64,000 nt of DNA from Cyanobacteriota bacterium (GTDB taxonomy: Bacteria > Cyanobacteriota > Cyanobacteriia > Cyanobacteriales > Nostocaceae): positions 64,001 to 128,000 of the forward strand of contig JBJOKS010000004.1 in the NCBI GenBank assembly GCA_046045965.1. The letters run 5' to 3'. The notes beneath the pieces were generated by a model. The model made no database searches, had not been told where the DNA came from, and saw only the letters and a list, made by a program, of their open reading frames with translations. Of this stretch, positions 10,950 to 20,598 are shown piece after piece. Within the stretch, counting starts at the first letter, position 1. Every line of letters starts with the position of its first letter. The position numbers and the translations under genes were made by a program.

Positions 10950-12827
10950 ATGCGTTCTGTTCAATCTAATCAATTTGACTACGTAAAAATTGGTATTGCC
11001 TCACCAGAAAGGATTCGCGCCTGGGGTGAAAGAACTTTGCCTAATGGTCAGGTGGTGGGAGAGGTGACAAAACCAGAAACCATCAATTACCGGACTCTGA
11101 AACCAGAGATGGATGGTTTGTTTTGTGAGCGGATTTTTGGACCGGCGAAGGACTGGGAATGTCATTGCGGTAAATATAAAAGAGTTCGTCATAGAGGCAT
11201 TGTCTGTGAACGCTGTGGCGTTGAAGTCACAGAATCACGGGTACGTCGTCACAGAATGGGTTTTATTAAACTGGCTGCACCAGTGGCTCATGTGTGGTAT
11301 CTCAAGGGCATTCCTAGCTACATTGCTATTTTGCTAGATATGCCGCTGCGGGATGTGGAGCAGATTGTTTATTTCAACTCCTACTGTGTGCTGGCTCCGG
11401 GTAATGCGGATACTCTCACCTATAAACAACTGTTGAGTGAAGACCAGTGGCTAGAAATTGAGGATGCTATCTATAGCGAAGATTCCCAACTGGTAGGTGT
11501 TGAAGTGGGAATTGGGGCTGAGGCGCTGCTGCGACTGTTGGCAGATATTAATTTGGAGCAAGAAGCAGAAAACCTGCGGGAAGAAATTAATAGTGCTAAG
11601 GGGCAGAAACGCGCCAAGTTGATTAAACGGCTGCGGGTGATTGATAACTTTATTGCCACTGGTTCTAAACCAGAGTGGATGGTGATGTCAGCAATTCCCG
11701 TCATTCCTCCAGATTTGCGGCCGATGGTGCAGTTGGATGGGGGGAGATTTGCCACCAGTGATTTAAATGATTTATACCGCCGGGTGATTAATCGTAACAA
11801 CCGATTAGCGAGACTGCAAGAAATTTTGGCTCCTGAGATCATTGTCCGTAACGAAAAACGGATGTTGCAAGAAGCTGTAGATGCTTTGATTGATAATGGT
11901 CGTCGGGGTCGGACGGTGGTGGGAGCCAATAACCGCCCGTTGAAGTCGCTTTCGGACATTATTGAAGGTAAACAAGGACGTTTCCGCCAAAACCTGTTGG
12001 GTAAACGGGTGGACTATTCAGGACGTTCTGTAATTGTGGTGGGTCCCAAGCTGCAAATTCACCAGTGTGGACTACCCAGGGAAATGGCCATTGAACTGTT
12101 TCAGCCCTTTGTGATCAATCGGTTGATTCGTTCTGGCATGGTGAACAATATCAAGGCTGCCAAAAAACTGATTTCTCGCAATGACCCCAGCGTGTGGGAT
12201 GTGTTGGAAGAGGTGATTGAAGGGCATCCGGTAATGTTAAACCGAGCACCCACACTGCACAGGTTAGGGATTCAGGCTTTTGAACCAATTTTGGTGGAGG
12301 GGAGAGCAATTCAACTGCATCCCCTGGTATGTCCGGCTTTTAACGCTGACTTTGACGGCGACCAAATGGCGGTTCACGTGCCTTTGTCTTTGGAAAGTCA
12401 GGCAGAAGCGCGTTTGTTAATGTTGGCTTCCAACAACATTCTTTCACCTGCAACGGGCAAACCTATTGTCACTCCTAGCCAAGATATGGTGTTAGGAGCT
12501 TATTATCTGACAGCAGAAAACCCTGGTGCTACCAAGGGGGCTGGTGGTTATTTCTCTTCTCTGGATGACGTGATTATGGCATATCAACAAGATCAGGTTG
12601 AGCTTCATGCCTATATTTATGTACGGTTTGATGGAGAAATGGAAACTGGACAACCAGATAACGAACCGCAAGAAGTGAGAGAAAACGAAGATGGTACTCG
12701 GACTTTGCTGTATAAATTCCGCCGTGTTCGTCAAGATGCCCAAGGAAATTTAATTTCTCAGTATATCTACACCACCCCAGGTCGGGTGATTTATAACAAA
12801 GCGATTCAAGAAGCTTTAGCTAGTTAG
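10950..12827 (+). CDS. rpoC1: RNA polymerase gamma subunit
   Basis: Zn finger CHCGKYK...CERC and catalytic NADFDGD. Confidence 0.99.
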   Translation: MRSVQSNQFDYVKIGIASPERIRAWGERTLPNGQVVGEVTKPETINYRTLKPEMDGLFCERIFGPAKDWECHCGKYKRVRHRGIVCERCGVEVTESRVRRHRMGFIKLAAPVAHVWYLKGIPSYIAILLDMPLRDVEQIVYFNSYCVLAPGNADTLTYKQLLSEDQWLEIEDAIYSEDSQLVGVEVGIGAEALLRLLADINLEQEAENLREEINSAKGQKRAKLIKRLRVIDNFIATGSKPEWMVMSAIPVIPPDLRPMVQLDGGRFATSDLNDLYRRVINRNNRLARLQEILAPEIIVRNEKRMLQEAVDALIDNGRRGRTVVGANNRPLKSLSDIIEGKQGRFRQNLLGKRVDYSGRSVIVVGPKLQIHQCGLPREMAIELFQPFVINRLIRSGMVNNIKAAKKLISRNDPSVWDVLEEVIEGHPVMLNRAPTLHRLGIQAFEPILVEGRAIQLHPLVCPAFNADFDGDQMAVHVPLSLESQAEARLLMLASNNILSPATGKPIVTPSQDMVLGAYYLTAENPGATKGAGGYFSSLDDVIMAYQQDQVELHAYIYVRFDGEMETGQPDNEPQEVRENEDGTRTLLYKFRRVRQDAQGNLISQYIYTTPGRVIYNKAIQEALAS

Positions 12828-12829
12828 GT

Positions 12830-12987
12830 GAGTGGTGACTGGTGACTGGTGACTGGGAAGATTTATTTTCTTGCATCACAAAGTACATACAGGTTTTGAA
12901 GGATTAATTTCCCAATCACCAATCACTAATCACTAATCACCAATCACCAATAATGACTAATGACTAAGGACTAATGACTAATGACTG
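12830..12987. repeat. STRR heptamer arrays (GGTGACT, AATCACT, AATGACT)
   Basis: Tandem 7-mers in the rpoC1-rpoC2 spacer, running into the rpoC2 start codon. Confidence 0.85.
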
Positions 12988-15900
12988 AAAAAATGATTTT
13001 TCGTAACCTTGTCGTTAACAAGGGTCAGCTGAGAAACTTAATATCCTGGGCATTTACCCACTATGGAACAGCGCGGACAGCGGTAATGGCAGATAAGCTC
13101 AAAGACCTGGGCTTCCGTTATGCCACCAAAGCCGGAGTATCAATCAGCGTTGATGACTTGATGGTTCCTCCCTCCAAGCGATCGCTTTTAGAAGCAGCAG
13201 AAGAGGAAATTCTCAGCACCGAAGCCCGATTTAAACGGGGGGAAATTACGGAAGTTGAACGATTCCAGAAGGTAATTGATACTTGGAATGGAACTTCTGA
13301 AAGTTTGAAAGACGAAGTTGTTACCTACTTCAAAAAAACCAATCCCCTCAACTCGGTTTACATGATGGCCTTTTCTGGGGCGCGGGGTAACATTTCTCAA
13401 GTGCGGCAGTTGGTGGGGATGCGGGGACTAATGGCAGATCCCCAAGGGGAAATTATTGACTTACCCATTAAAACCAACTTCCGAGAAGGATTAACAGTTA
13501 CAGAATATATTATTTCTAGTTACGGAGCCAGAAAAGGATTAGTTGATACCGCGCTGCGGACTGCGGACTCTGGTTATCTGACCCGGCGATTGGTGGATGT
13601 ATCCCAAGATGTGATTATTCGTGAGTTTGACTGTGGTACTACCAGAGGTATACCCATTCGGGATATGACCGAAGGTGCGAAAGTCTTGATTCCCATTGGC
13701 ACAAGATTGATGGGGCGGGTAGTGGCAGAAGACGTGGTTCACCCTAGCACCGGGGAAATTATCGCCACCCGTAACACACCTATTTCTGATGACTTGGCCG
13801 CAGCTATTCAAAAAGCCGGAGTTAAAGAAGTTATAGCGCGATCGCCACTGACCTGTGAAGCGGCTCGTTCTGTGTGTCAACATTGCTATGGTTGGAGTTT
13901 GGCACATGCCAAAATGGTGGACTTGGGTGAAGCAGTGGGAATCATTGCGGCTCAGAGTATTGGAGAACCGGGTACTCAGTTAACCATGCGGACATTCCAC
14001 ACCGGGGGAGTTTTCACAGGGGAAGTGGCACAACAGGTACGGGCGAAAATTGACGGCACGGTGAAAATTTCTCGCAAGTTGAAAACCCGTCCCCATCGGA
14101 CTCGTCACGGTGAAGACGCGCTCTATGCCGAAACTAATGGGACTTTGGTTTTAGAAGCCAAGGGAGATGCAGAAAACCAAGAAATTTCCATTACCCAAGG
14201 TTCGACTTTATATATAGTTCCCGGACAACAGGTAAAAACTGCCCAATTGATCGCAGAAGTGGCACTGGGAGGCAGAACCACCAGAACCAACACGGAAAAA
14301 GCGGTGAAGGATGTGGCTTCTGACCTGGCGGGAGAAGTGCAGTTTGCGGATGTGGTGGCGGAACAAAAAACCGACCGTCAAGGTAACACCACCACGACAG
14401 CATCTAGAGGTGGTTTGATTTGGATTTTGTCTGGGGAAGTTTATAATTTGCCCCCTGGTGCAGAACTGGTGGTGAAAAATGGTGATGCGATCGCCTCCAA
14501 CGGAGTTTTGGCAGAAACCAAATTAACCACGGTGCATGGTGGGGTAGTGAGACTGCCAGAAGCCATTCCTGGTAAAGCGACTAGGGAAATTGAAATCATT
14601 ACTGCTTCTGTAGTTTTGGATCAGGCAACGGTAACAGTTCACAGTTCCCAAGGCAAGAATAATTACTTAATTCATACCGGGGAAGGGAACAGGGAACTCT
14701 TAACAGGGAACAGTGAAGAGTCACTCAGCACTAAGTCCCAAACCTTTAACCTGCGGGCTACACCGGGAACGAAGGTACAGAATGGACAGGTAGTAGCAGA
14801 GTTAATTGATGACCGTTATCGCACTACTACTGGTGGCTTTTTGAAGTTTGCTGGTATTGAAGTTCAGAAAAAAGGCAAGGCCAAGTTAGGCTATGAAGTG
14901 GTGACTGGTGGTACACTGCTGTGGATTCCTGAAGAAACCCACGAAGTTAACAAGGATATTTCTTTGTTGTTGGTGGAAGATGGGCAGTTTGTGGAAGCTG
15001 GAACAGAGGTGGTGAAGGACATTTTCTGTCAAACCAGTGGTGTGATTGAAGTTACCCAGAAGAACGACATCCTGCGGGAAATTGTGATCAAACCCGGTGA
15101 ACTGTTGATGGTGGATGATCCAGAAGCGGTGATGGGCATGGATAACACTTTCATTCAACCAGGGCAAGAGTTACAGGGAACAGTGGCCACAGAACTGCGT
15201 TATATTCAGTATGTGGAATCTACAGAAGGACCTGCACTCTTAAGCCGTCCGGTGGTAGAGTTTGATGTTCCTAGTAATCCAGATTTGCCTTCGACAACTA
15301 CAGTTAGTCAACACACTGGCAGGTCAATTCAATTGCGGGCTGTGCAGCGGTTGCCCTATAAAGATTCTGAGAGAGTGAAATCTGTGGAAGGGGTGGAACT
15401 GCTGCGGACTCAGCTGGTATTGGAAATTGAGCAAGAGGGAGAACAGGATCATGCAGCTTCACCTTTGGCAGCGGATATTGAATTAGTTGCTGATAGTGAA
15501 AATGCTGAGATTCAGAAGTTGCAATTGGTGATTTTGGAGTCTTTGGTAGTTCGTCGAGATATTGCCGCAGATGCCACCCAAGGCAGCACCCACACAACCC
15601 TAGAGGTGGAAGATGGTTTGACCATTGCTCCTGGAGCAGTGGTAGCCCGGACACAGATTTTGTGTAAGGAAGGGGGAATCGTCCGGGGTGTGCGTCGAGA
15701 TACGGAAGCTGTGCGCCGCTGTTTGGTGTTGCGAGAAAGCGACATGATGACTATCAGCAGCACCACAGCGCCAAAGGTGAAGAAGGGTGATTTGTTGGTG
15801 GAAGGTGCAGAAATTGCCCCTGGTGTGTTGGCACCGGTATCAGGACAGGTGGTAGCAGTGAGCAGTCAGCGGTCAGAAAGTTCTTCTGCTCTGACAACTG

Positions 15901-17093
15901 AGAATAGTTCACTGATCACTGTTAGAGTTGGCCGTCCTTACCGAGTCAGTCCTGGTGCGGTGTTGCAAATTGAGGATGGGGGACTGGTGCAGCGGGGTGA
16001 TAATTTGGTGTTGTTGGTGTTTGAGCGAGCTAAGACCGGGGACATTATTCAAGGTTTACCGAGAATTGAAGAACTGTTGGAAGCTCGTAAACCCAAGGAA
16101 GCCTGTATTTTGTGCCGTCGTCCTGGTGAGGTGAAGGTTGTGTATGGTGACGGTGATGAAGGGATGCCTTTGTCACGGGAGGCTTATGCGATTAAGGTTA
16201 TGGAATCTGGGGGTGTGGTGACAGACTATCCTCTTGGACCTGGACAAAACTTGATAGTTCCCGATGGCGCTCATGTTTTGGCTGGGCAACCTTTGACTGA
16301 TGGACCTTCTAACCCCCATGAGATTTTGGAGATTTTCTTTAGTCTCGGTTCTGAGGACGGGGTTTATGCCTGTGCTAGTCATGCTCTGCAAAAGGTACAG
16401 AGCTTTTTGGTGAATGAGGTACAGATGGTGTACCAGTCTCAAGGAATTGAAATTTCTGACAAGCACATTGAAGTCATTGTCCGGCAAATGACGAATAAGG
16501 TCCGCATTGATGACGGTGGGGATACGACTATGTTGCCGGGTGAGTTGGTGGAACTGCGTCAGGTGGAACAGGTGAATGAAGCTATGTCCATTACTGGTGG
16601 TGCTAAGGCTCAGTATACTCCTGTGTTGTTGGGGATTACTAAGGCATCCTTGAATACTGACAGCTTTATCTCTGCGGCTTCTTTCCAAGAAACTACTAGG
16701 GTGTTAACTGAAGCTGCTATTGAGGGTAAGTCTGACTGGTTACGTGGTTTGAAGGAAAACGTGATCATTGGGCGGTTAATTCCCGCTGGTACTGGTTACA
16801 ACACCTATGACGAACCCAGCACCATTGAGGATTTTGGTACTGATTTGGGTAGTGGGGTTTTGGATGAGGTGGATGATCCACTGGATATGGTTTTGGATGA
16901 CCGCACTGCTAAACTGTACAGCTTAGATACTCCTGCTTTGGGTGATGGTAGTTATGGTGGTAGACGGGGTGATCGGGCGATTTTAGATGATGATGATGAT
17001 TTGATTGCTGATGAAGTGATTTCGGGTGTTGAAGAAGAGGAGGAAGATGACTACGAAGAAGAGGAGGAAGATGATGATTATGATGAAGAATAA
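12981..17093 (+). CDS. rpoC2: RNA polymerase beta' subunit (C-terminal part, RpoC2)
   Basis: [30 protein letters not shown], large SI3 insertion, [12 protein letters not shown], acidic tail. Confidence 0.99.
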   Translation: MTEKMIFRNLVVNKGQLRNLISWAFTHYGTARTAVMADKLKDLGFRYATKAGVSISVDDLMVPPSKRSLLEAAEEEILSTEARFKRGEITEVERFQKVIDTWNGTSESLKDEVVTYFKKTNPLNSVYMMAFSGARGNISQVRQLVGMRGLMADPQGEIIDLPIKTNFREGLTVTEYIISSYGARKGLVDTALRTADSGYLTRRLVDVSQDVIIREFDCGTTRGIPIRDMTEGAKVLIPIGTRLMGRVVAEDVVHPSTGEIIATRNTPISDDLAAAIQKAGVKEVIARSPLTCEAARSVCQHCYGWSLAHAKMVDLGEAVGIIAAQSIGEPGTQLTMRTFHTGGVFTGEVAQQVRAKIDGTVKISRKLKTRPHRTRHGEDALYAETNGTLVLEAKGDAENQEISITQGSTLYIVPGQQVKTAQLIAEVALGGRTTRTNTEKAVKDVASDLAGEVQFADVVAEQKTDRQGNTTTTASRGGLIWILSGEVYNLPPGAELVVKNGDAIASNGVLAETKLTTVHGGVVRLPEAIPGKATREIEIITASVVLDQATVTVHSSQGKNNYLIHTGEGNRELLTGNSEESLSTKSQTFNLRATPGTKVQNGQVVAELIDDRYRTTTGGFLKFAGIEVQKKGKAKLGYEVVTGGTLLWIPEETHEVNKDISLLLVEDGQFVEAGTEVVKDIFCQTSGVIEVTQKNDILREIVIKPGELLMVDDPEAVMGMDNTFIQPGQELQGTVATELRYIQYVESTEGPALLSRPVVEFDVPSNPDLPSTTTVSQHTGRSIQLRAVQRLPYKDSERVKSVEGVELLRTQLVLEIEQEGEQDHAASPLAADIELVADSENAEIQKLQLVILESLVVRRDIAADATQGSTHTTLEVEDGLTIAPGAVVARTQILCKEGGIVRGVRRDTEAVRRCLVLRESDMMTISSTTAPKVKKGDLLVEGAEIAPGVLAPVSGQVVAVSSQRSESSSALTTENSSLITVRVGRPYRVSPGAVLQIEDGGLVQRGDNLVLLVFERAKTGDIIQGLPRIEELLEARKPKEACILCRRPGEVKVVYGDGDEGMPLSREAYAIKVMESGGVVTDYPLGPGQNLIVPDGAHVLAGQPLTDGPSNPHEILEIFFSLGSEDGVYACASHALQKVQSFLVNEVQMVYQSQGIEISDKHIEVIVRQMTNKVRIDDGGDTTMLPGELVELRQVEQVNEAMSITGGAKAQYTPVLLGITKASLNTDSFISAASFQETTRVLTEAAIEGKSDWLRGLKENVIIGRLIPAGTGYNTYDEPSTIEDFGTDLGSGVLDEVDDPLDMVLDDRTAKLYSLDTPALGDGSYGGRRGDRAILDDDDDLIADEVISGVEEEEEDDYEEEEEDDDYDEE

Positions 17094-17111
17094 AGCCGAA
17101 AGGTAATATTT

Positions 17112-17152
17112 GAAAAGGGCAAAGGAAACATAAACTTTTGCCTTTTTCTTTT
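17112..17152. terminator. Probable (bidirectional) terminator after rpoC2
   Basis: GAAAAGGGCAAAGG...CTTTTGCCTTTTTC hairpin between convergent genes. Confidence 0.55.
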
Positions 17153-17180
17153 ACTTTTGCTCCCACTTAATTTGCCTAAA

Positions 17181-17558
17181 TCAAAAATTAGTAACGGTAA
17201 AACTTAAACCAGAATCAAGGGGGGGAACTTTTAAATACTCGATAGGTTCATAATTTTGACTATTTGAGTTATTTGTTGCCGAACATGATTGAAAAAAGGT
17301 TTCTGGATTGTTGATATACTCCAGTGGGTTAATTTTTTTGCATTCTGGATCAGTTACTCTTAAACCTGGATCGTTATTATTAGCAGTATCTTTGACAATA
17401 TTCCACTTGTTGGTAATTGTGGCTGCTTCTGTTACTAAATTTGCGGATTGTTCGGGTTTAATTGTGACATCGTAAATTGGTTTGGGGTTAGCATAAGCAT
17501 TAGAATTGATAGCCAGCCCACCAATCACAACAACTAAGGTGAAAAGGGAATATTTCAT
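17181..17558 (-). CDS. Hypothetical exported protein
   Basis: Signal-peptide-like N-terminus (MKYSLFTLVVVIGGLAINSNAYA); two Cys. Confidence 0.65.
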   Translation of the reverse strand: MKYSLFTLVVVIGGLAINSNAYANPKPIYDVTIKPEQSANLVTEAATITNKWNIVKDTANNNDPGLRVTDPECKKINPLEYINNPETFFQSCSATNNSNSQNYEPIEYLKVPPLDSGLSFTVTNF

Positions 17559-17760
17559 ATTAAGTTGACTAGAATTTAAGACTCTGGAAAAAATTACAAT
17601 CTGTTAAGCACAAATACTGTTTACATAAAACAAGTTTAAACCACATTTAGACTTGATTCTGGAACTAATAAAACTTTTCTCTATTTTTCTTATTAAAAGT
17701 CTGTTAAAGTTCAATATTTTTAATATTCTTGCTGTTTTTCTATGGCTGCCATAAGCCTTG

Positions 17761-17890
17761 GCGACTGGAAGTCGCAGCTATACAGACAAAACCCACCTCC
17801 GTGGGTTTCAAACCCTTGATTTTTCATTACTCCACGCGGGTGGACTTTGCTTGTGTAGTAGCTAGCGTTCGCGAAGCGTGCCGGAGGCAT
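17761..17890. repeat. REP/REPIN-like inverted-repeat element followed by a short dispersed repeat
   Basis: Hairpins GCGACTGGAAGTCGC and AAACCCACCTCCGTGGGTTT, imperfect inverted second arm, then a 25-mer shared with 54194-54218. Confidence 0.65.
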
Positions 17891-18010
17891 CTTTTTAATC
17901 GCCCAAAACTTTTCAAACATCCTCTTAGAGTGACAAGTTTGCACAAATGTCCTCTGTCAGCTATACTTCATTCTGTGTATTTGAATTCGTAAATCATAAA
18001 TTTCCTCAAG

Positions 18011-18556
18011 ATGACTACTGAAAATAATATTCCTGCTTTAGACAGTTTAGAATATGTTGCTTATATTGACGAGAATGGAGAATTACCAGAACAATTTCAG
18101 GGTAAAATAGGAGTTTACGCGATTTTTAATCAAGAAAGAATTCTGCAATTTGTTGGTTATTCCCGTGATGTTTATCTCAGTTGTAAGCAGCATTTAGTCC
18201 GTCAACCAGAACAATGTTATTGGTTGAAGGTAGAAACAATTGAACGTCCTAACCGCACGATTTTAGAACAGATTGAAAATGCTTGGATTTCTGAAAATGG
18301 TAGTCTTCCTTTAGGTAATGGAGAAAATAAAGAAAAATGGACTAACCCTATTAATAGTCTGGTACTAATGACAACTGAAGAACAAGCTAATTATCAAAAT
18401 CCACTAATTGAAGATTTAACAAAAATGAAACTCGTTAAAAATGTGGCGCGACGAGTTGAAGCTGAAATTTTAGCGGTGTTAGAAGCACGGGGGTTAAAAA
18501 CCCAAATTCGCTTTAATCCTAAATTAAAAGAAGAAGGTTTACTAGATTTAAAATGA
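18011..18556 (+). CDS. GIY-YIG nuclease family protein
   Basis: IGVYAIF...LQFVGYSRDV...KQH motif pair. Confidence 0.8.
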   Translation: MTTENNIPALDSLEYVAYIDENGELPEQFQGKIGVYAIFNQERILQFVGYSRDVYLSCKQHLVRQPEQCYWLKVETIERPNRTILEQIENAWISENGSLPLGNGENKEKWTNPINSLVLMTTEEQANYQNPLIEDLTKMKLVKNVARRVEAEILAVLEARGLKTQIRFNPKLKEEGLLDLK

Positions 18557-18561
18557 TGTTT

Positions 18562-18738
18562 TTAAAGCTGTAATTCCAATCCTGGTAAAACATCTTCTCC
18601 AAAAAAAAACAGCGGTAAGTTTGACAATTTCTATAGGTTTTCCGAAAGGTTTAAGTCTTTCTTAACAGTACAGAGTTGGTAAAATTGCTCGTCTGTAAGG
18701 TGAATAATAGGTGCTAGGTTTAAGGTGACGGTATTCAT
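18562..18738 (-). pseudogene. Internally deleted Uma2-family endonuclease remnant
   Basis: MNTVTLNLAPIIHLTDEQFYQLC (typical Uma2 N-terminus), then a stop, then GEDVLPGLELQL* (typical Uma2 C-terminus) in another frame. Confidence 0.7.
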
Positions 18739-18789
18739 GCGAGATTATTAGTGCAATTGTTCTGGTTTAAATTTTTCAGAGTCAGCCAT

Positions 18790-19551
18790 TTAGCCATCTT
18801 CGTTATCACCAAAATCAGGTTCAATACCTAGAGTGCGTAATTGTTCTGCTAATCTTTCTGCGCGTCGTTTTTCCCGTTCCTTTTGTTTTCTTTCCCGTTC
18901 TGCCGGTGTGAGAACCCAGTTACCTGAAGCATCATACCAGCGTAACCACTGCCGTTCAATGCCTTGATAGACACCTTGCCACAGTCCTAAACCTAATTCA
19001 ATATCATTTAGCCATACACGCAGTTGATTGATTTCCAATTCAGCATAACTACTTGCCTGTAATTGAAATGCTCTTAACTCGTCAGTGTAACGATCAAAAA
19101 CTATATAATAGGGTACTCTTAAAACTCGTTCGTAAACTTCCCACTTAGTTGGGGGTTGACTAGCATCTCGTAAGGTTCTCCCTAAATCTTCTTTTTCTGT
19201 TCCTGGTGAAATAAATTCTACCACCACAAAAGGATTAACGCCTTCTTGCCAAACTACATAACTTAGCCGCAGTTCTTTTTGTGCATACAACCTGGGGACA
19301 TCAACGACAGCAAACCAGTCAGGGCGTTTATACCATAATGGATGATGAACATCATAGTAAAGATTTAAGTCTGTGGCGATAAATACCTGATTTTCCGGGA
19401 AGTTGGACGGACAAAAAGTTTCCCGTAATAACTGCGGTTGTAAAAGATGAAATTCGTCTGGCAAACCGGGTTCCTCTGGATTTTCGCTAGGTAAATCATA
19501 CATTGTCGGTAGGAATTCCTTAGCAGAACGCGGTGGGTCTGTTTGATACAT
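18790..19551 (-). CDS. Uma2 family (DUF820) endonuclease
   Basis: LPTMYDLPSE, RPDWFAV, VVEFISPGT, KWEVYE, and the WLRWYD...AERLAEQLRTLGIEP tail. Confidence 0.92.
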   Translation of the reverse strand: MYQTDPPRSAKEFLPTMYDLPSENPEEPGLPDEFHLLQPQLLRETFCPSNFPENQVFIATDLNLYYDVHHPLWYKRPDWFAVVDVPRLYAQKELRLSYVVWQEGVNPFVVVEFISPGTEKEDLGRTLRDASQPPTKWEVYERVLRVPYYIVFDRYTDELRAFQLQASSYAELEINQLRVWLNDIELGLGLWQGVYQGIERQWLRWYDASGNWVLTPAERERKQKEREKRRAERLAEQLRTLGIEPDFGDNEDG

Positions 19552-19914
19552 AACGGCTGCAAAAAAGAAATGTCAAGTTCACTATATGCTTGTTTTAATT
19601 CTTGATATTGCAATAAATCCAGTGCTAACCTTCTTACTTGAGAACTAGATTTACAGACTTTAATAATTTTGTAGTTATCAACAAACTCTACTTATGGTGC
19701 TGGTGAGGAAATTGATATTTTTTCCATTTGCATGGAATTACCATCTGGTGATTTTTTACCTAAATCAGCAATTAGGTTTAAAAAATTGCACTAAATTCAT
19801 TCATGGTGTGTTATACTCTTGGTTATTATGTAGCAATACATAATACAATAACCCCAGTAACTATCTGTTAAGTGGGGTAAATTTCAATGCAAAATTAGTT
19901 TACGGAGGAAATCA

Positions 19915-20055
19915 GTGTTTAAGCACTATTTTTGTATTTTCGCGTGCTTGTGTGCGATATCCTATATATCTCACAATGTAGCAACAACGGCTAAGTACAG
20001 CGATTCAACGGTCAAGACAGTAGAATCAGTAGTTACAAAAATTAAGGAGAAGTAA
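19915..20055 (+). CDS. Putative 46-aa small protein (below the ORF-track cutoff)
   Basis: GGAGG RBS 6 nt before GTG; MFKHYFCIFACLCAISYISHNVATTAKYSDSTVKTVESVVTKIKEK with a hydrophobic, Cys-rich N-terminus. Confidence 0.4.
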   Translation: MFKHYFCIFACLCAISYISHNVATTAKYSDSTVKTVESVVTKIKEK

Positions 20056-20153
20056 GATAACAAAATCTTCCGCTTGAGTCAAATAAATGATCTTCGTGTA
20101 CTTATAACAAGCATTGTTAGATTTTGCTTGCATTTTGAAATTCACGGAGACAT

Positions 20154-20183
20154 GGGTAGTGTGGGTAGCACTGCCCTTTTTTT
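20154..20183 (+). terminator. Intrinsic terminator, possibly the 3' end of a small RNA
   Basis: GGGTAGTG-tgggtag-CACTGCCC followed by T7; no long plus-strand CDS upstream. Confidence 0.75.
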
Positions 20184-20346
20184 ATTGACATCTTTAATAT
20201 AACACACACTATCTTATTTGTTATCTTTTTTGTAGAAAATAAATAAGGATAAGGAGTTTTTTCTCCTTTCCTCCGAATGCAGTTGATGAGTCTCTGACTC
20301 AACTACCACGACAAAATCGGGTAAAGTGGCTTGTATTCTGGGTTTG

Positions 20347-20434
20347 GAGGCAGAGCCTCCTGGTAGGCAATAGAATTGTTATCTAAATTGTAGAATTTAA
20401 ACTGTAGGCATTCCCAGCCGGAGTCTGGGAACGA
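20347..20434. repeat. Palindromic dispersed repeat (GAGGCAGAGCCTC ... TTCCCAGCCGGAGTCTGGGAACGAG) interrupted by an AT-rich insert
   Basis: Two hairpins visible; GTAGGCA duplicated at 20363-20369 and 20404-20410. Confidence 0.55.
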
Positions 20435-20598
20435 GGGATTAAACACGGTTTAATGATTTTATTTTCCTGCATATCGTATTCATATCACCTTTGTCCAAAC
20501 TCCAAAAATGTGATGTTTGGGGGGAGGAAAGCGATCGCTTGTAGATGCTAGACTCCGAAAGTGCGATCGCTAAGTTATATTTTTTCACTGCGTTGGAG

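Noticed and set aside
10950..17093. Split rpoC and very large RpoC2 as an anomaly or intein
   Set aside because: The rpoC1/rpoC2 split and SI3 insertion are normal in cyanobacteria, and no intein splice motifs were seen
7903..17166. Many antisense or alternate-frame ORFs inside rpoB, rpoC1 and rpoC2
   Set aside because: Shadow ORFs of conserved genes with no recognisable motifs
17720..17992. ORFs of 74 and 87 aa on opposite strands
   Set aside because: They overlap a palindromic repeat element and are likely translation artefacts
19829..19847. NtcA box upstream of the small ORF (TGTAGCAATACATAATACA)
   Set aside because: GTA-to-TAC spacing is 4 or 11 nt rather than 8
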